Shown piece after piece: positions 1-9,663 of a stretch of DNA of 64,000 nt. Position numbers and translations under genes: made by a program. The first letter of the stretch is position 1. Every line of letters starts with the position of its first letter. The stretch is from Spirochaetia bacterium (GTDB lineage Bacteria; Spirochaetota; Spirochaetia; SZUA-6; Bin103): positions 1,120,001-1,184,000 of the forward strand of contig CBDATQ010000001.1 of NCBI GenBank assembly GCA_965199955.1, given 5' to 3'. Under the pieces are notes generated by a model that searched no databases, was not told the DNA's origin, and saw only the letters and a program-made list of their open reading frames with translations.

Positions 1-22
1 CCGAGCCATCACAGACACCACC

Positions 23-1057
23 GTGCAATCAGGCTTTCATCGTCGCAACGACGTGTTGGCGGAGACCCCCGGCGAACCGCGTGCAGCCGCGGCGGCGCGC
101 GGTTTCAGGCTTGCGCTGCGGTCGCTCGTGCGTAGGGGAAACCAGCGATTCACGGTCATGCTGATCCCCCACAGTGAACGCCGCACGTACAATCTGCAGC
201 TCTCGGTCTTCACGCTGCTGGGGGCCGGCACCTTGCTGGTCGTCGTGCTCTGCGCGTTTCTGATTCTCTCCACCCACTTCACCGCTACCAATGAGAGGAT
301 GGCTGCTGTCAACCGTTCCCTGGCCGCAAGCGAGCTGGCGCTGGAATCGGTGGGTGACGAAGTGATCGCGCTGCAGGGGACGATGCAGGAGTTCCGGGTG
401 CTGATCGACCAGCTCCAGCGGATTCTGAGTTCCGGGAATCTCACCGCCACTACGGCGTCCGCGGTGCGCGGCGCCGGGGATCTGGCGGCGTTCGTGGGCC
501 AGCCTTCCGCGCTGGCGGGCGAATCGCCGGGAGTGACCGCGCTCCGGCAGCTCAGCGCCGCGCTCGACGCTGCGATGATGCCGCTGACCGAGCTCAACGA
601 AACGGTAGCCGCTCAGCAGACGTTGCTGGCGGATGTGCCCACGCTGTGGCCGGTCCGCGGCGGCGGGTACGTGAGCTTCGAGTTCGGTCCACAGCGCCAT
701 CCGTTCACGGGCGCGTTCTACATCCACCGCGGCATCGACATCGCGATGCAACGCGGCGCCGAGATCGTCGCCACGGCCAATGGGACCGTCAGCCGGATCG
801 CCTACGAGCGCTATAATCTGGGCAACGTGATCGAGATAGCCCACAGATACGGTTTCGTCACGCGCTACGGGCACCTGCAACGGGTGTTGATCGAGCCGGG
901 CCAGACGGTGCAGCGTGGTCAGACGATCGGGCTGATGGGCTCTACCGGCCGGTCGACCGGGCCCCACGTGCACTACGAGGTGAGCATCGGCGGGCAACTC
1001 CGCAACCCTGAGGAGTTCCTTGCGGTGTCCGCGATCACGGTGGCGGCGTTGCGATGA
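23..1057 (+). CDS. M23 family metallopeptidase with N-terminal TM and coiled coil
   Basis: HRGIDI, YGHL and STGPHVHYEV motifs; hydrophobic segment after MLIPHS; GTG start uncertain. Confidence 0.9.
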   Translation: MQSGFHRRNDVLAETPGEPRAAAAARGFRLALRSLVRRGNQRFTVMLIPHSERRTYNLQLSVFTLLGAGTLLVVVLCAFLILSTHFTATNERMAAVNRSLAASELALESVGDEVIALQGTMQEFRVLIDQLQRILSSGNLTATTASAVRGAGDLAAFVGQPSALAGESPGVTALRQLSAALDAAMMPLTELNETVAAQQTLLADVPTLWPVRGGGYVSFEFGPQRHPFTGAFYIHRGIDIAMQRGAEIVATANGTVSRIAYERYNLGNVIEIAHRYGFVTRYGHLQRVLIEPGQTVQRGQTIGLMGSTGRSTGPHVHYEVSIGGQLRNPEEFLAVSAITVAALR

Positions 1058-1470
1058 CGACCGATCGGGACTCCGGCAGCGGTGCCGCCGACCGAAACAT
1101 CGTAGACTCGATCGTGGGGCAGGGCACCCGGATGAGCGGACAGATCGACCTGACCCGAATGCTTCGAATCGACGGCGAATTCCACGGCGAGGTTCGTGCC
1201 GGGGGACGGGTCCTCATCAGCCACACCGGTCGAGCCGAGTGCACGCTGCGCGTGGGTACGGTCGTCGTGGCCGGTAGCGTACGGGGCGATGTCGTCGCCT
1301 CCGAGCTCGTGGAACTGCGCTCGACCGCCACCGTGATCGGTTCGATCTGCACGCCGCGGCTGATCGTCGACGGAGGCGGTCGGTTCTGCGGACGGTGCCG
1401 CGTGGGAGTCGGAGACGGCCGGGTGACAGAATCTCGTCTGGCGTCGCCGTACTCGGCGAAACCGGCATGA
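1054..1470 (+). CDS. Bactofilin (polymer-forming cytoskeletal protein)
   Basis: SIVGQGT..G.I...LRIDG.F.G beta-helix pattern; ATGA overlap with the M23 gene. Confidence 0.9.
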   Translation: MTTDRDSGSGAADRNIVDSIVGQGTRMSGQIDLTRMLRIDGEFHGEVRAGGRVLISHTGRAECTLRVGTVVVAGSVRGDVVASELVELRSTATVIGSICTPRLIVDGGGRFCGRCRVGVGDGRVTESRLASPYSAKPA

Positions 1471-2324
1471 AGACCGCCGCACCCGTGAGCGGTCGGGTCG
1501 TGCGGGTCAAGCTGCTGCACTCCAGCGAGACCTGCCTGTGCGTTCCGCCGACGTCCGTGGCGGTCGAATTGGACACCGATGCCAGTGTCATCGTACCGAC
1601 TCGTCATGGGTCCGAGATCGGTCGCGTGCTGGGAGCGGTCCATGACGAAACGGAACTGCGAGGCGCCGAGCTGTTTGAGGTGATCCGCCAGGCGGAGGCC
1701 GATGATCTGGACGACTACGAACGCAACCGCGAGCTCGCCGACGACTTGCTGCGGTCATGCCGACGGCGTCTCGAAGGTCTCAATCTGGCGATGAAGCTGG
1801 CCGCAGCCCACATCGTGTTCAGCGGCGGCACGCTCGTCCTCTACTTCACGGCAGAGAAGCGGATCGACTTCCGCCGGCTGATCGGAGAGCTGTCGGACGA
1901 GGTGGGCTTGCGCATCGATCTGCAGCAGGTCGGCATGCGCGACGAGACACGGATCGTCGGCGGGGCAGGGATCTGCGGCCGGGTTCTGTGCTGCAATGGG
2001 GTTACGGACCGACGCCCGCGGGTGACGGTCCGTATGGCTCGGGACCAGGGACTCTCGCTGGATACTCGGCGCATCTCCGGATTATGCGGGCGGCTGTTGT
2101 GTTGCCTGTCCTACGAGTATGACTATTACCAGGAGGTGCGCCGCTCGGTGCCCAAGGAAGGCAAGTCGGTGTACTACCAAGGCGACCGCTTTCGCGTAAT
2201 GGAGTTGAATGCGCTCACCAGGCGGGCCCGCATCAGCGGCGCCGATGGCGCGGTGTTGGGAGTCGGGTTCGGGGACTTCCGGTTCGATGAGGCGAACCGG
2301 CGCTGGGAGGTCAGCCCGGTGTGA
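1467..2324 (+). CDS. ricT: PSP1/RicT (YaaT) family protein
   Basis: YFTAEKRIDFRRL, GICGRVLCC and ISGLCGRLLCCLSYE; ATG 1467 overlaps the bactofilin stop. Confidence 0.88.
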   Translation: MKTAAPVSGRVVRVKLLHSSETCLCVPPTSVAVELDTDASVIVPTRHGSEIGRVLGAVHDETELRGAELFEVIRQAEADDLDDYERNRELADDLLRSCRRRLEGLNLAMKLAAAHIVFSGGTLVLYFTAEKRIDFRRLIGELSDEVGLRIDLQQVGMRDETRIVGGAGICGRVLCCNGVTDRRPRVTVRMARDQGLSLDTRRISGLCGRLLCCLSYEYDYYQEVRRSVPKEGKSVYYQGDRFRVMELNALTRRARISGADGAVLGVGFGDFRFDEANRRWEVSPV

Positions 2325-3144
2325 GCACGGAGGCTTCGCGCCGCCAGCGTTCGACCTGTGCGGCGATTTCCGTGCGCATGTGCCGCACCTTCTGGCGCAA
2401 CTCCGCCTTGTTCTCCGGCGGCTGGTAGACCGACAGGAATCTCACGCGGTAGCGGGTCGTTCCCATGCGGGCAAGCCCGGCGAGTCCGCGCAGGCGGTAC
2501 CCGCCGTCGATCGCGGCCGACACGATCGGCAACCGCCGCCCTTCCAGGACGATGGCCAACCCTCCCGAATGGAACCGATGCACCGCGCCGTCCCGTGAAC
2601 GGGTGCCGTCCGCGAAGACGACGGGACAGGCACCTTCGTCGGCGAGCGCCGAGAAGCGGCGGAGCTCGCGGAGCAGCAGGCGAATCTGGGTGGTGTCGAT
2701 ACGGCCGCGCGGCCGAACGATCAGGGCGTCGCCGCCATAGCGAAGGCACTTCGACACCAGCGGCACTCCGTACTTCAGCGATCGCTTGGCGACGAATTTG
2801 AGACTTCGGCCGGGCAGTGCCGTGATCAGCACCGGGATGTCCAGCAGACTCTGATGGTTGCTGACCAGCACGAACCGCCGTGGGAGATGGGGAAGAGCCG
2901 ACTCGATGACCACCGAGAAGCCGGTCAACTCTCCCGCGCGACGGATGAGCCTTCGTCCCTCGCGGCGCATGAAGAGCGATACTGCGGCGCGCAATCGCTG
3001 CGCAGGATCCGGTTCGCCGTCCGGGCGGCCCTTCGCGGGTCCCGCTCGGGGGGCTACTCCCGAGACTTTCCAAAGGCCCAGACGTACGTCCCCGGCGAGG
3101 AATCGGACCAGCAGGTAACCGACAAACAACAGTCCTCGGATCAT
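2311..3144 (-). CDS. 1-acyl-sn-glycerol-3-phosphate (lysophospholipid) acyltransferase
   Basis: NHQSLLD, FVAK and FADGTRS PlsC motifs; start coupled to the upstream HAD stop. Confidence 0.85.
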   Translation of the reverse strand: MIRGLLFVGYLLVRFLAGDVRLGLWKVSGVAPRAGPAKGRPDGEPDPAQRLRAAVSLFMRREGRRLIRRAGELTGFSVVIESALPHLPRRFVLVSNHQSLLDIPVLITALPGRSLKFVAKRSLKYGVPLVSKCLRYGGDALIVRPRGRIDTTQIRLLLRELRRFSALADEGACPVVFADGTRSRDGAVHRFHSGGLAIVLEGRRLPIVSAAIDGGYRLRGLAGLARMGTTRYRVRFLSVYQPPENKAELRQKVRHMRTEIAAQVERWRREASVLTPG

Positions 3145-3920
3145 CAGCGCCGGCCGCTCATCGCTCGTCCCAGCAGGTCGTGCAACTCCGGGAGGTCCAC
3201 CGAAGGGACGCGCGGGTCCGCCCGCCACTCCGGTTTGGCATACCCCCACGCGGCCAGATACACTTCGATGCGCGCGTCGTCGTTGCCGACCAGGTGGTCG
3301 AGCTGGTCATCGACCAGCGCAGCTCGCCCGGCCTGCCGCTCGTCGAGCACCTCGGCAACCATCTCCAGTTTCGAAACGGCAGCGGCGTGCAGGATCGCCT
3401 GCGCCGGCACCGGCACTTCGTGGAAGGCGAGAATTGCCTCGATGTAACGCGGGCGCTTGGTAGAGAGGATCCAGGTGCTGTCCCAGTCGGCGGCGTGCAG
3501 GAGCTCCGCGACGCCCGGGTACAGCGGGTTCAGTCGCAGCCAGTGGCTGCGATCGTGAACCATCAATTCCTGACGGACGCGATTGAGCGCGTCCGCGTAG
3601 CGCGCCAGCAGCCCCGGGCCGGCGATGCGGCGGGCCTCGTCGAACTCCTCCTGATGTGCGGGCGTGCGTCCCGCGGCCAGCAGGTCCTGGATCAGGACGT
3701 AGTCGTCACCGGCGCGGATGAATGGGCGGAGTTCGAGGAAGCGCTCGCGCAGCGTGACCGGAACCGATGGCGGTGTGTCCGGGTCCGGGCCGGCGGGGCC
3801 GTCAGGCTGCGCGTCACGGGTAAGGCGGTCATAGGCAACCCACGAGCTGAACAGGCACTCGGCGGCGGAATCGCAGATCACGCCATCGAAGTCGATGAAC
3901 AACTGCAGTGGACTCGTCAT
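3144..3920 (-). CDS. HAD superfamily hydrolase
   Basis: IDFDGVICDS motif I, VDD motif IV, AAWGY; start taken at MTSPL. Confidence 0.8.
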   Translation of the reverse strand: MTSPLQLFIDFDGVICDSAAECLFSSWVAYDRLTRDAQPDGPAGPDPDTPPSVPVTLRERFLELRPFIRAGDDYVLIQDLLAAGRTPAHQEEFDEARRIAGPGLLARYADALNRVRQELMVHDRSHWLRLNPLYPGVAELLHAADWDSTWILSTKRPRYIEAILAFHEVPVPAQAILHAAAVSKLEMVAEVLDERQAGRAALVDDQLDHLVGNDDARIEVYLAAWGYAKPEWRADPRVPSVDLPELHDLLGRAMSGRR

Positions 3921-3930
3921 GCAACCGAGC

Positions 3931-5199
3931 TCAGCCGGCCGCCGGCAGATGCAGCACCTCCCCGGCGTGCGGGACATAGAGGATACCGGAGTCCTCCCGG
4001 TCTCGATAGTCATCCAGTTCCATGGCAGCGGGATCCCGGTACGCGAGCCCGATGCGCTCGCACAGCGCGCGCGGCAGGGCGGTGGCCAGTTCCACGTCGA
4101 TCCGCGGGCGCTCGACGCCGTCGCGGTAATCGCCGACGCCGCGGACCAAGGCCGAGTGAGCCAGTACGCCTCGCGGGACATCGGCGAATCGGTGCCGCTC
4201 CGCCACCAGGTAGTCGGTGACATGGTACCCGACCCGTTCCAGGTAGTCGCCCCAGGTGGCGGACAGCTTGTCGATCTGCGGGCCGTATATGATCAGGCGT
4301 CCTCCGTCGGAGACCACCGACTCGAGCTTGTACATCACCTTTCCGCCCACCCACAGCTCGTCGTACATCGCGGGCGCGTGCCCGAGAACCGTGTGGTAAC
4401 GGCGAGGCGTACGGGTGATGTGGATCCGTGCGGAGTGGTCGGCCGCATCGCTCCACGCGTGCCTTGGATCGCCCACGTACAGCCCGGCAAGCTCCGGCGG
4501 CTCCTGCCCCGGCTGCACGACCATCGCGACCAGGTGACAGGCCGTGGGTACCAGGTCGGCGGCCTGCCCGATCACGCGGCGCGCCGGCGTGTCCTTGTGC
4601 CCGATCGTCTTCATGCAGGTGATGGCCGCGCTCAGCCAGTGGAAGAAGTCCAGGAACTCGCCGCCGGAGATGCCGGGAAACAGGTACTTGTGGCCGCCCG
4701 AGAAGCCGACGATCTCGTGCGGGAATACGGGGCCGACGATCAGCAACAGGTCATACTCGAAGATCGCGCGGTTGATGGTGATGTCCACGGCCTCGGCGAA
4801 CCGGCCGTCGGTGGCCGCGGAGATCTGGCGCTCCGTGAACGACCCGATCCGCTGCAGCGTCCCGGGGGTGTCCCACCGGTGATTGAGGAAGCGGCTGGCG
4901 CCGAAGCGCTCGGCGCGCTCGGCGCGGCTCACCCCATAGAGCCGGGCGATCGCGTCGTCCGGCATGATCGGGTGCGTCCCCAGCGCCACCATGTAGTCGA
5001 GCTGCCGGGCGTGTGCGCCGATGACCTCGTCCACCGCCCGTACCAGAGCGGGCAATGGGGCGCTGCGGGTGGCGTCCGGCGTGATCGCGAGAACCCGACG
5101 CGACTCGAACAGCGCGCGTGGCGTCCCGGCTTCGATGCGGCTGCAGATGTCCTCGTGGGTCATCGTCGCGGAACGCTCCATCGTCATCAGATCCGCCAT
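3931..5199 (-). CDS. LarA (lactate racemase) family protein; candidate D-mannonate/D-gluconate 2-epimerase
   Basis: PDATR, ALGTH, PHEIVGFSGGHKYLFPG and FFHW motifs; adjacent to SDR and gnd. Confidence 0.85.
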   Translation of the reverse strand: MADLMTMERSATMTHEDICSRIEAGTPRALFESRRVLAITPDATRSAPLPALVRAVDEVIGAHARQLDYMVALGTHPIMPDDAIARLYGVSRAERAERFGASRFLNHRWDTPGTLQRIGSFTERQISAATDGRFAEAVDITINRAIFEYDLLLIVGPVFPHEIVGFSGGHKYLFPGISGGEFLDFFHWLSAAITCMKTIGHKDTPARRVIGQAADLVPTACHLVAMVVQPGQEPPELAGLYVGDPRHAWSDAADHSARIHITRTPRRYHTVLGHAPAMYDELWVGGKVMYKLESVVSDGGRLIIYGPQIDKLSATWGDYLERVGYHVTDYLVAERHRFADVPRGVLAHSALVRGVGDYRDGVERPRIDVELATALPRALCERIGLAYRDPAAMELDDYRDREDSGILYVPHAGEVLHLPAAG

Positions 5200-5274
5200 G
5201 TCATGCCTCCCGTACGTCCGGCCTCCCGCATGTCCGCGTCCAGGTGCTCCCGTGCATCGTTCCGGCGTCGGCGT

Positions 5275-6075
5275 TCAGATGCTGTCCACGAGAAAGCCGC
5301 CGTCGACCGGTATGGTCGCTCCCGTGACGAACCCGGATGCGGCTTCACTGGCAAGGAATATCGCCGCCCCGGCCAGGTCCTCCGGTTCGCCGAACCGCGC
5401 GAACGGCGTCCGGCCGAGCACGTGCCGGCCACGCTCGGTGGGTTGGCCGGTTGCTTCGTCCACCAGCAGCCGTCGGTTCTGTTCGGCGAGGAAGAATCCG
5501 GGTGCGATCGCGTTCACGCGGATGCGGTGGGGGGCGAATTCCTTGGCCGTCGCCTCCGTGAGGTTGACGACTCCGGCCTTCGCCGCTCCGTAGGCCCACA
5601 CGCCGGACAAGGGCTTGTACGAGGCCATGGACGCGATGTTGATGATCGATCCCACGATCCCGTGTTCGATCCAGTGCGCCGCGACAACCTTGGTCGGAAC
5701 CAGGCAGCCCGCGACCAGATTGAGCTCGACGGTCTGACGGAACACGTCGATGTCGATCTCGGTAAACGCTCCCTTGCTCAGGTTGCCGCCGACCGCGTTG
5801 ATCAGGACCGTCGGGCAACCCAGCCGCGCTTCGGTGTGGCGCAGGGCATCCATGATCGCGTCCGGCGACCCGGCATCGGCCACGAAGCCGGTGGTGTACT
5901 CGGGAGCGTTCAGCGTGGTCAGGGCGCGGTCGACCGTCTCGGCCCGTCGGCTCCAGACCGCGATGCGCGCTCCGGTATCGAGCAGGCCGCGCGCCATCCC
6001 GATCGCCAGCGTCGCTCCGCCGCCCGAGATGGCCACCGTGGCGTCCAGTGAGAACAGTGGGGAAGGAGTCGTCAT
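5275..6075 (-). CDS. SDR oxidoreductase, D-mannonate oxidoreductase/gluconate 5-dehydrogenase-like
   Basis: YGAAK, IRVNAIAPGFFLAEQNR, TPFARFG, VDGGF; start at MTTPSP overlaps the gnd stop. Confidence 0.85.
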   Translation of the reverse strand: MTTPSPLFSLDATVAISGGGATLAIGMARGLLDTGARIAVWSRRAETVDRALTTLNAPEYTTGFVADAGSPDAIMDALRHTEARLGCPTVLINAVGGNLSKGAFTEIDIDVFRQTVELNLVAGCLVPTKVVAAHWIEHGIVGSIINIASMASYKPLSGVWAYGAAKAGVVNLTEATAKEFAPHRIRVNAIAPGFFLAEQNRRLLVDEATGQPTERGRHVLGRTPFARFGEPEDLAGAAIFLASEAASGFVTGATIPVDGGFLVDSI

Positions 6076-7478
6076 GTCGCCGACCAGTTTGTGTGGAACG
6101 TGCCGGCGCGGTCGACCCGCTCGTAGGTGTGGGCGCCGAAGTAGTCGCGTTGCGCCTGTATCAGGTTGGCCGGCAGGCGCGCCGTTCGGTATGCGTCGAA
6201 GTAGCTCAGCGAGGACGCGAACGCCGGGACTGGAACTCCAGCGGTGGTCGCCGTCCCGACGACCTGGCGCCATGCGGACTGGGCCCCGTGCAGCACGTCG
6301 GCGAAGTACGGGTCGAGCATGAGGTTGGCCAGGTCCGGTTCGCGGTCATAGGCCTCCTTGATGCGCTGCAGGAAGCGGGCGCGGATGATGCACCCTCCCC
6401 GCCAGATCATGGCGATCGCCCCGTAGTCGAGCCGCCAGCCGTGCTCCGCGGCAGCGGTACGCATCAGCGCGAAGCCCTGAGCATAGGAGCAGATCTTCGC
6501 GGCGTAGAGTGCCGTCCCGATCGCGTTGGCCAAGTCCTCACGATTGCCGCTGAACGCGGCGTCCGGACCGCGGAGCACGCTGCCGGCGGCCATCCGTTCC
6601 TGCTTTGCCGCCGACAGTGAGCGTGCGAATACCGCCTCGGCAATGGTGGGCGCAGGGGCGCCAAGCTCGAGCGCCGACTGTCCCGTCCACGTCCCCGTGC
6701 CCTTCTGTCCCGCCTTGTCGAGGATCATGGTCACCATCGGCGCGCCGGTCTCCGGGTCGGTCGCCGCCAGAATCCGCGCCGTGATCTCGATCAGGTACGA
6801 GTCCAGATCGCCGCGGTTCCAGTCCGCAAAGCGCTGCGCCATCTCCGGGAACGTCATGCCGCAGAGCTGCTGCAGCAGTGAGTACGCCTCGGCGATGAGC
6901 TGCATGTCGCCATACTCGATGCCGTTGTGTACCATCTTGACGTAGTGGCCTGCGCCGCCGGCGCCGATGTACGTGCAGCAGGGGGCTCCGTCCACCTTGG
7001 CGGCGATCGATGTCAGGATCGGGCTCACCTGACGATAGGCGGCCTCGCTGCCGCCGGGCATGATGCTCGGCCCGAGGAGCGCCCCTTCGTCGCCTCCCGA
7101 GACCCCCGTACCCAGGTACAGCAGATCCGAGGCTTCCGCGTCGCGGCAGCGCCGTGTCGTGTCCGCAAAGTGAGAGTTGCCGCCGTCCAGGATGACGTCG
7201 CCCGGCTCCAGCAACGGCTGCAGCTCGCCGAGCACCGCGTCGACCGGCGCGCCTGCCTGCACCATCAGCAGAATGCGCCGGGGGCGGTTGAGCGCCGCGA
7301 CCACGTCGGGCAACGTACGGCACGGCACGAGTCGCTTGCCGGCACCCACGCCGTCGACGAAGGTCTCGAGCGTACGGGCAGTTCGGTTGTGGACCGCGAC
7401 GGTGTATCCGCGGCTCTCGATGTTGAGGGCCAGGTTGCGGCCCATGACGGCCATCCCGGCCACGGCGATGTCGGCCAT
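6072..7478 (-). CDS. gndA: NADP-dependent 6-phosphogluconate dehydrogenase
   Basis: GMAVMGRNLALN, VKMVHNGIEYGDMQ, QAQRDYFGAHTYER. Confidence 0.97.
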   Translation of the reverse strand: MADIAVAGMAVMGRNLALNIESRGYTVAVHNRTARTLETFVDGVGAGKRLVPCRTLPDVVAALNRPRRILLMVQAGAPVDAVLGELQPLLEPGDVILDGGNSHFADTTRRCRDAEASDLLYLGTGVSGGDEGALLGPSIMPGGSEAAYRQVSPILTSIAAKVDGAPCCTYIGAGGAGHYVKMVHNGIEYGDMQLIAEAYSLLQQLCGMTFPEMAQRFADWNRGDLDSYLIEITARILAATDPETGAPMVTMILDKAGQKGTGTWTGQSALELGAPAPTIAEAVFARSLSAAKQERMAAGSVLRGPDAAFSGNREDLANAIGTALYAAKICSYAQGFALMRTAAAEHGWRLDYGAIAMIWRGGCIIRARFLQRIKEAYDREPDLANLMLDPYFADVLHGAQSAWRQVVGTATTAGVPVPAFASSLSYFDAYRTARLPANLIQAQRDYFGAHTYERVDRAGTFHTNWSAT

Positions 7479-7574
7479 CAGGTGTGCATCCTCATCATGG
7501 GAGTGCGATGCTTAATCATAGGAGTGCGGGGCGCACGTGTACACCGCCACGGGTCCCGGGTCAGCACGGGTACG

Positions 7575-8231
7575 TCACCGTGCTCGTCGCGCTCGGCGCG
7601 GTGGCAGCAGGCCGGATCGCCGGGCCAGCACGGCTTGCATGCGATCGGCAACCTCGTTCGGCGTGGCGGTACCGTCGATGCCGCGCAGCAGACCCGTCGA
7701 TCGGTAGTACTCGATGACCGGGGTGGTCTGTGCCCGATAGGCGTGGAGCCGCCGTCGGATCGCCTCCGGATCGTCGTCTTCGCGTTGCACGGGTGCGCAG
7801 AACAGTGACGCATTCGCCGGCATCGAGGCCACGTTGAAGGTGGCGCCGCACCGGGCGCAGGTACGGCGTCCGGACAGGCGGCGAACGACTTCCTGCTCGG
7901 GCACGATCAGCTCGACGGCGGCGTCGATCTGCGCGAATCCGGCCAGCGCGGCGGCCTGCGGGACGGTGCGAGGAAAGCCGTCGAGAATGAATCCCTTCCG
8001 TTCGTCGAGGGTCGCCAGGTGATCGCGCACCAGTGAGATGGTCAGTGAATCGGGGACCAGGCTGCCGGCCTGCAGCAGGTCGGCCACCCGGCGCCCGAGC
8101 GGGGTCCTAGCCTTCACCGCGGCGCGGAAGAGGTCGCCCGTGGAGATGTGACGCATTCCGCTGCGGCCGGCCACGGTGCTGGCGAGCGTGCCCTTGCCGG
8201 CGCCGGGCGGTCCGAGGAGAACCATCTGCAT
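7575..8231 (-). CDS. adk: Adenylate kinase
   Basis: GPPGAGKGT, HISTGDLFR, LDGFPRT, QREDD. Confidence 0.95.
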   Translation of the reverse strand: MQMVLLGPPGAGKGTLASTVAGRSGMRHISTGDLFRAAVKARTPLGRRVADLLQAGSLVPDSLTISLVRDHLATLDERKGFILDGFPRTVPQAAALAGFAQIDAAVELIVPEQEVVRRLSGRRTCARCGATFNVASMPANASLFCAPVQREDDDPEAIRRRLHAYRAQTTPVIEYYRSTGLLRGIDGTATPNEVADRMQAVLARRSGLLPPRRARRAR

Positions 8232-8281
8232 GGGATTGGGGCAGGCTGAGCGAGCGAGCGACGCCGCGGTGGCTCCAGGGC

Positions 8282-9589
8282 TCAGGTGCCCTGAGCGTAG
8301 TCGGTACGGTACGCCTGCTGCTCGGCGGTAAGCTCGTCGGTCTGGATGCCCATCGTTTGCAGCTTGATGGCGGCGATCTCCCGGTCCTGCTCTTCGGGCA
8401 CCGGGTACACGAGCGGCGACAGGGAGCTACCCTCCTTGGCCAATCGGATGAGGGACAGGAACTGATTGGCGAAAGACATGTCCATCACTTCGGGTGGATG
8501 GCCCTCGGCCGCGGCCAGGTTCACCAGCCGCCCTTGCGCCAGAATGTACAGGCGGCGGCCATCGCTGAGCATGTGCTCGCGATTGTTGCTCCGGACCTCC
8601 ACGGAACGCACGGTGAGCTCTGCCAGATCGTTCAGATTGATCTCGCAGTCGTAGTGACCGGCGTTGCAGACGATCGCGCCATCCTTCATTCGCTCGAAGT
8701 GCCGGCGGGTGATCACGTCGCGGATTCCCGTGGTCGTAACGAACACGTCGCCGACGGCGCTGGCCGTATCCATGGTCGACACGTTGAACCCCTCCAGCGT
8801 CGCCTTGAGGGCGGCGATCGGATCTACTTCGGTGACCACGACGTTCGCGCCGAGGCCGCGTGCGCGCTGGGCGACGCCACGCCCGCAATGACCGAAGCCG
8901 GCAACGACCAACTGCTTGCCGGCCAGGAGTACCGACGTGGCGCGCAAGACTCCATCGAGGGCCGACTGGCCGGTCCCGTAGACGTTGTCGAAATCCCACT
9001 TGGTAGTGGCATCGTTCACGGCGATGACGGGGTACTTGAGGGCGTGATCATCAGCCATGGCGCGGAGTCTGTGCACCCCCGTGGTGGTTTCCTCGGTGCC
9101 GCCGATGATGCCGGCGGTCAGTCCGTCCCCGGCAGCGTGCGCGCGAAAGATCAGGTCGGCACCGTCGTCGAGGGTCAGCGTCGGGCCGACCGCAAGCGTC
9201 TGGTCGATACACCAATAAAACTCGTCCGTGGATAGGCCGTGCCAGGCGTAGATCGGTACTCCTTCGGCCGCCAGCGCGCCTGCGACATCATCCTGAGTGG
9301 ACAAGGGATTGCAGCCCGACCAGGCGACCTCGGCTCCCGCGTCCCGCAGGGCGCGGATCAGGATCGCGGTTTCCTTGGTCACGTGCAGGCAGCCGGCTAT
9401 CCGCGTGCCGGCCAGCGGCTTCGAGTCGCGATGCAGCCGGCGGAGATGCTGAAGTACGGGCATGCGCGATTCCGCCCACCGGAGCTTGAGCGAACCTTGA
9501 TCGGCGAGCGCTGGATCCTTGATCTTGTATCCGGTCACGGGCGGTAGTTTAGCGGCTTGCCCGCCTGCGGTCGACAGACCATCGGCCAT
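8282..9589 (-). CDS. ahcY: Adenosylhomocysteinase
   Basis: GCLHVT, CNPLSTQD, TEETTTG, FDNVYGTGQS, GRLVNL..EGHP. Confidence 0.97.
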   Translation of the reverse strand: MADGLSTAGGQAAKLPPVTGYKIKDPALADQGSLKLRWAESRMPVLQHLRRLHRDSKPLAGTRIAGCLHVTKETAILIRALRDAGAEVAWSGCNPLSTQDDVAGALAAEGVPIYAWHGLSTDEFYWCIDQTLAVGPTLTLDDGADLIFRAHAAGDGLTAGIIGGTEETTTGVHRLRAMADDHALKYPVIAVNDATTKWDFDNVYGTGQSALDGVLRATSVLLAGKQLVVAGFGHCGRGVAQRARGLGANVVVTEVDPIAALKATLEGFNVSTMDTASAVGDVFVTTTGIRDVITRRHFERMKDGAIVCNAGHYDCEINLNDLAELTVRSVEVRSNNREHMLSDGRRLYILAQGRLVNLAAAEGHPPEVMDMSFANQFLSLIRLAKEGSSLSPLVYPVPEEQDREIAAIKLQTMGIQTDELTAEQQAYRTDYAQGT

Positions 9590-9663
9590 CGGTCGCCCAA
9601 GGGCCGTTTCGCCCCGGCCGATGTGGCCGAGCTCCCGTCGGTCATTGTAAACTCGTTACCGGT

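Noticed and set aside
3895..6051. 718-aa plus-strand ORF
   Set aside because: Antisense shadow of the LarA-family and SDR genes, typical of high-GC DNA
9590..9663. Possible SAH/SAM riboswitch upstream of ahcY
   Set aside because: Short leader with a GC hairpin but no recognisable SAH or SAM aptamer consensus
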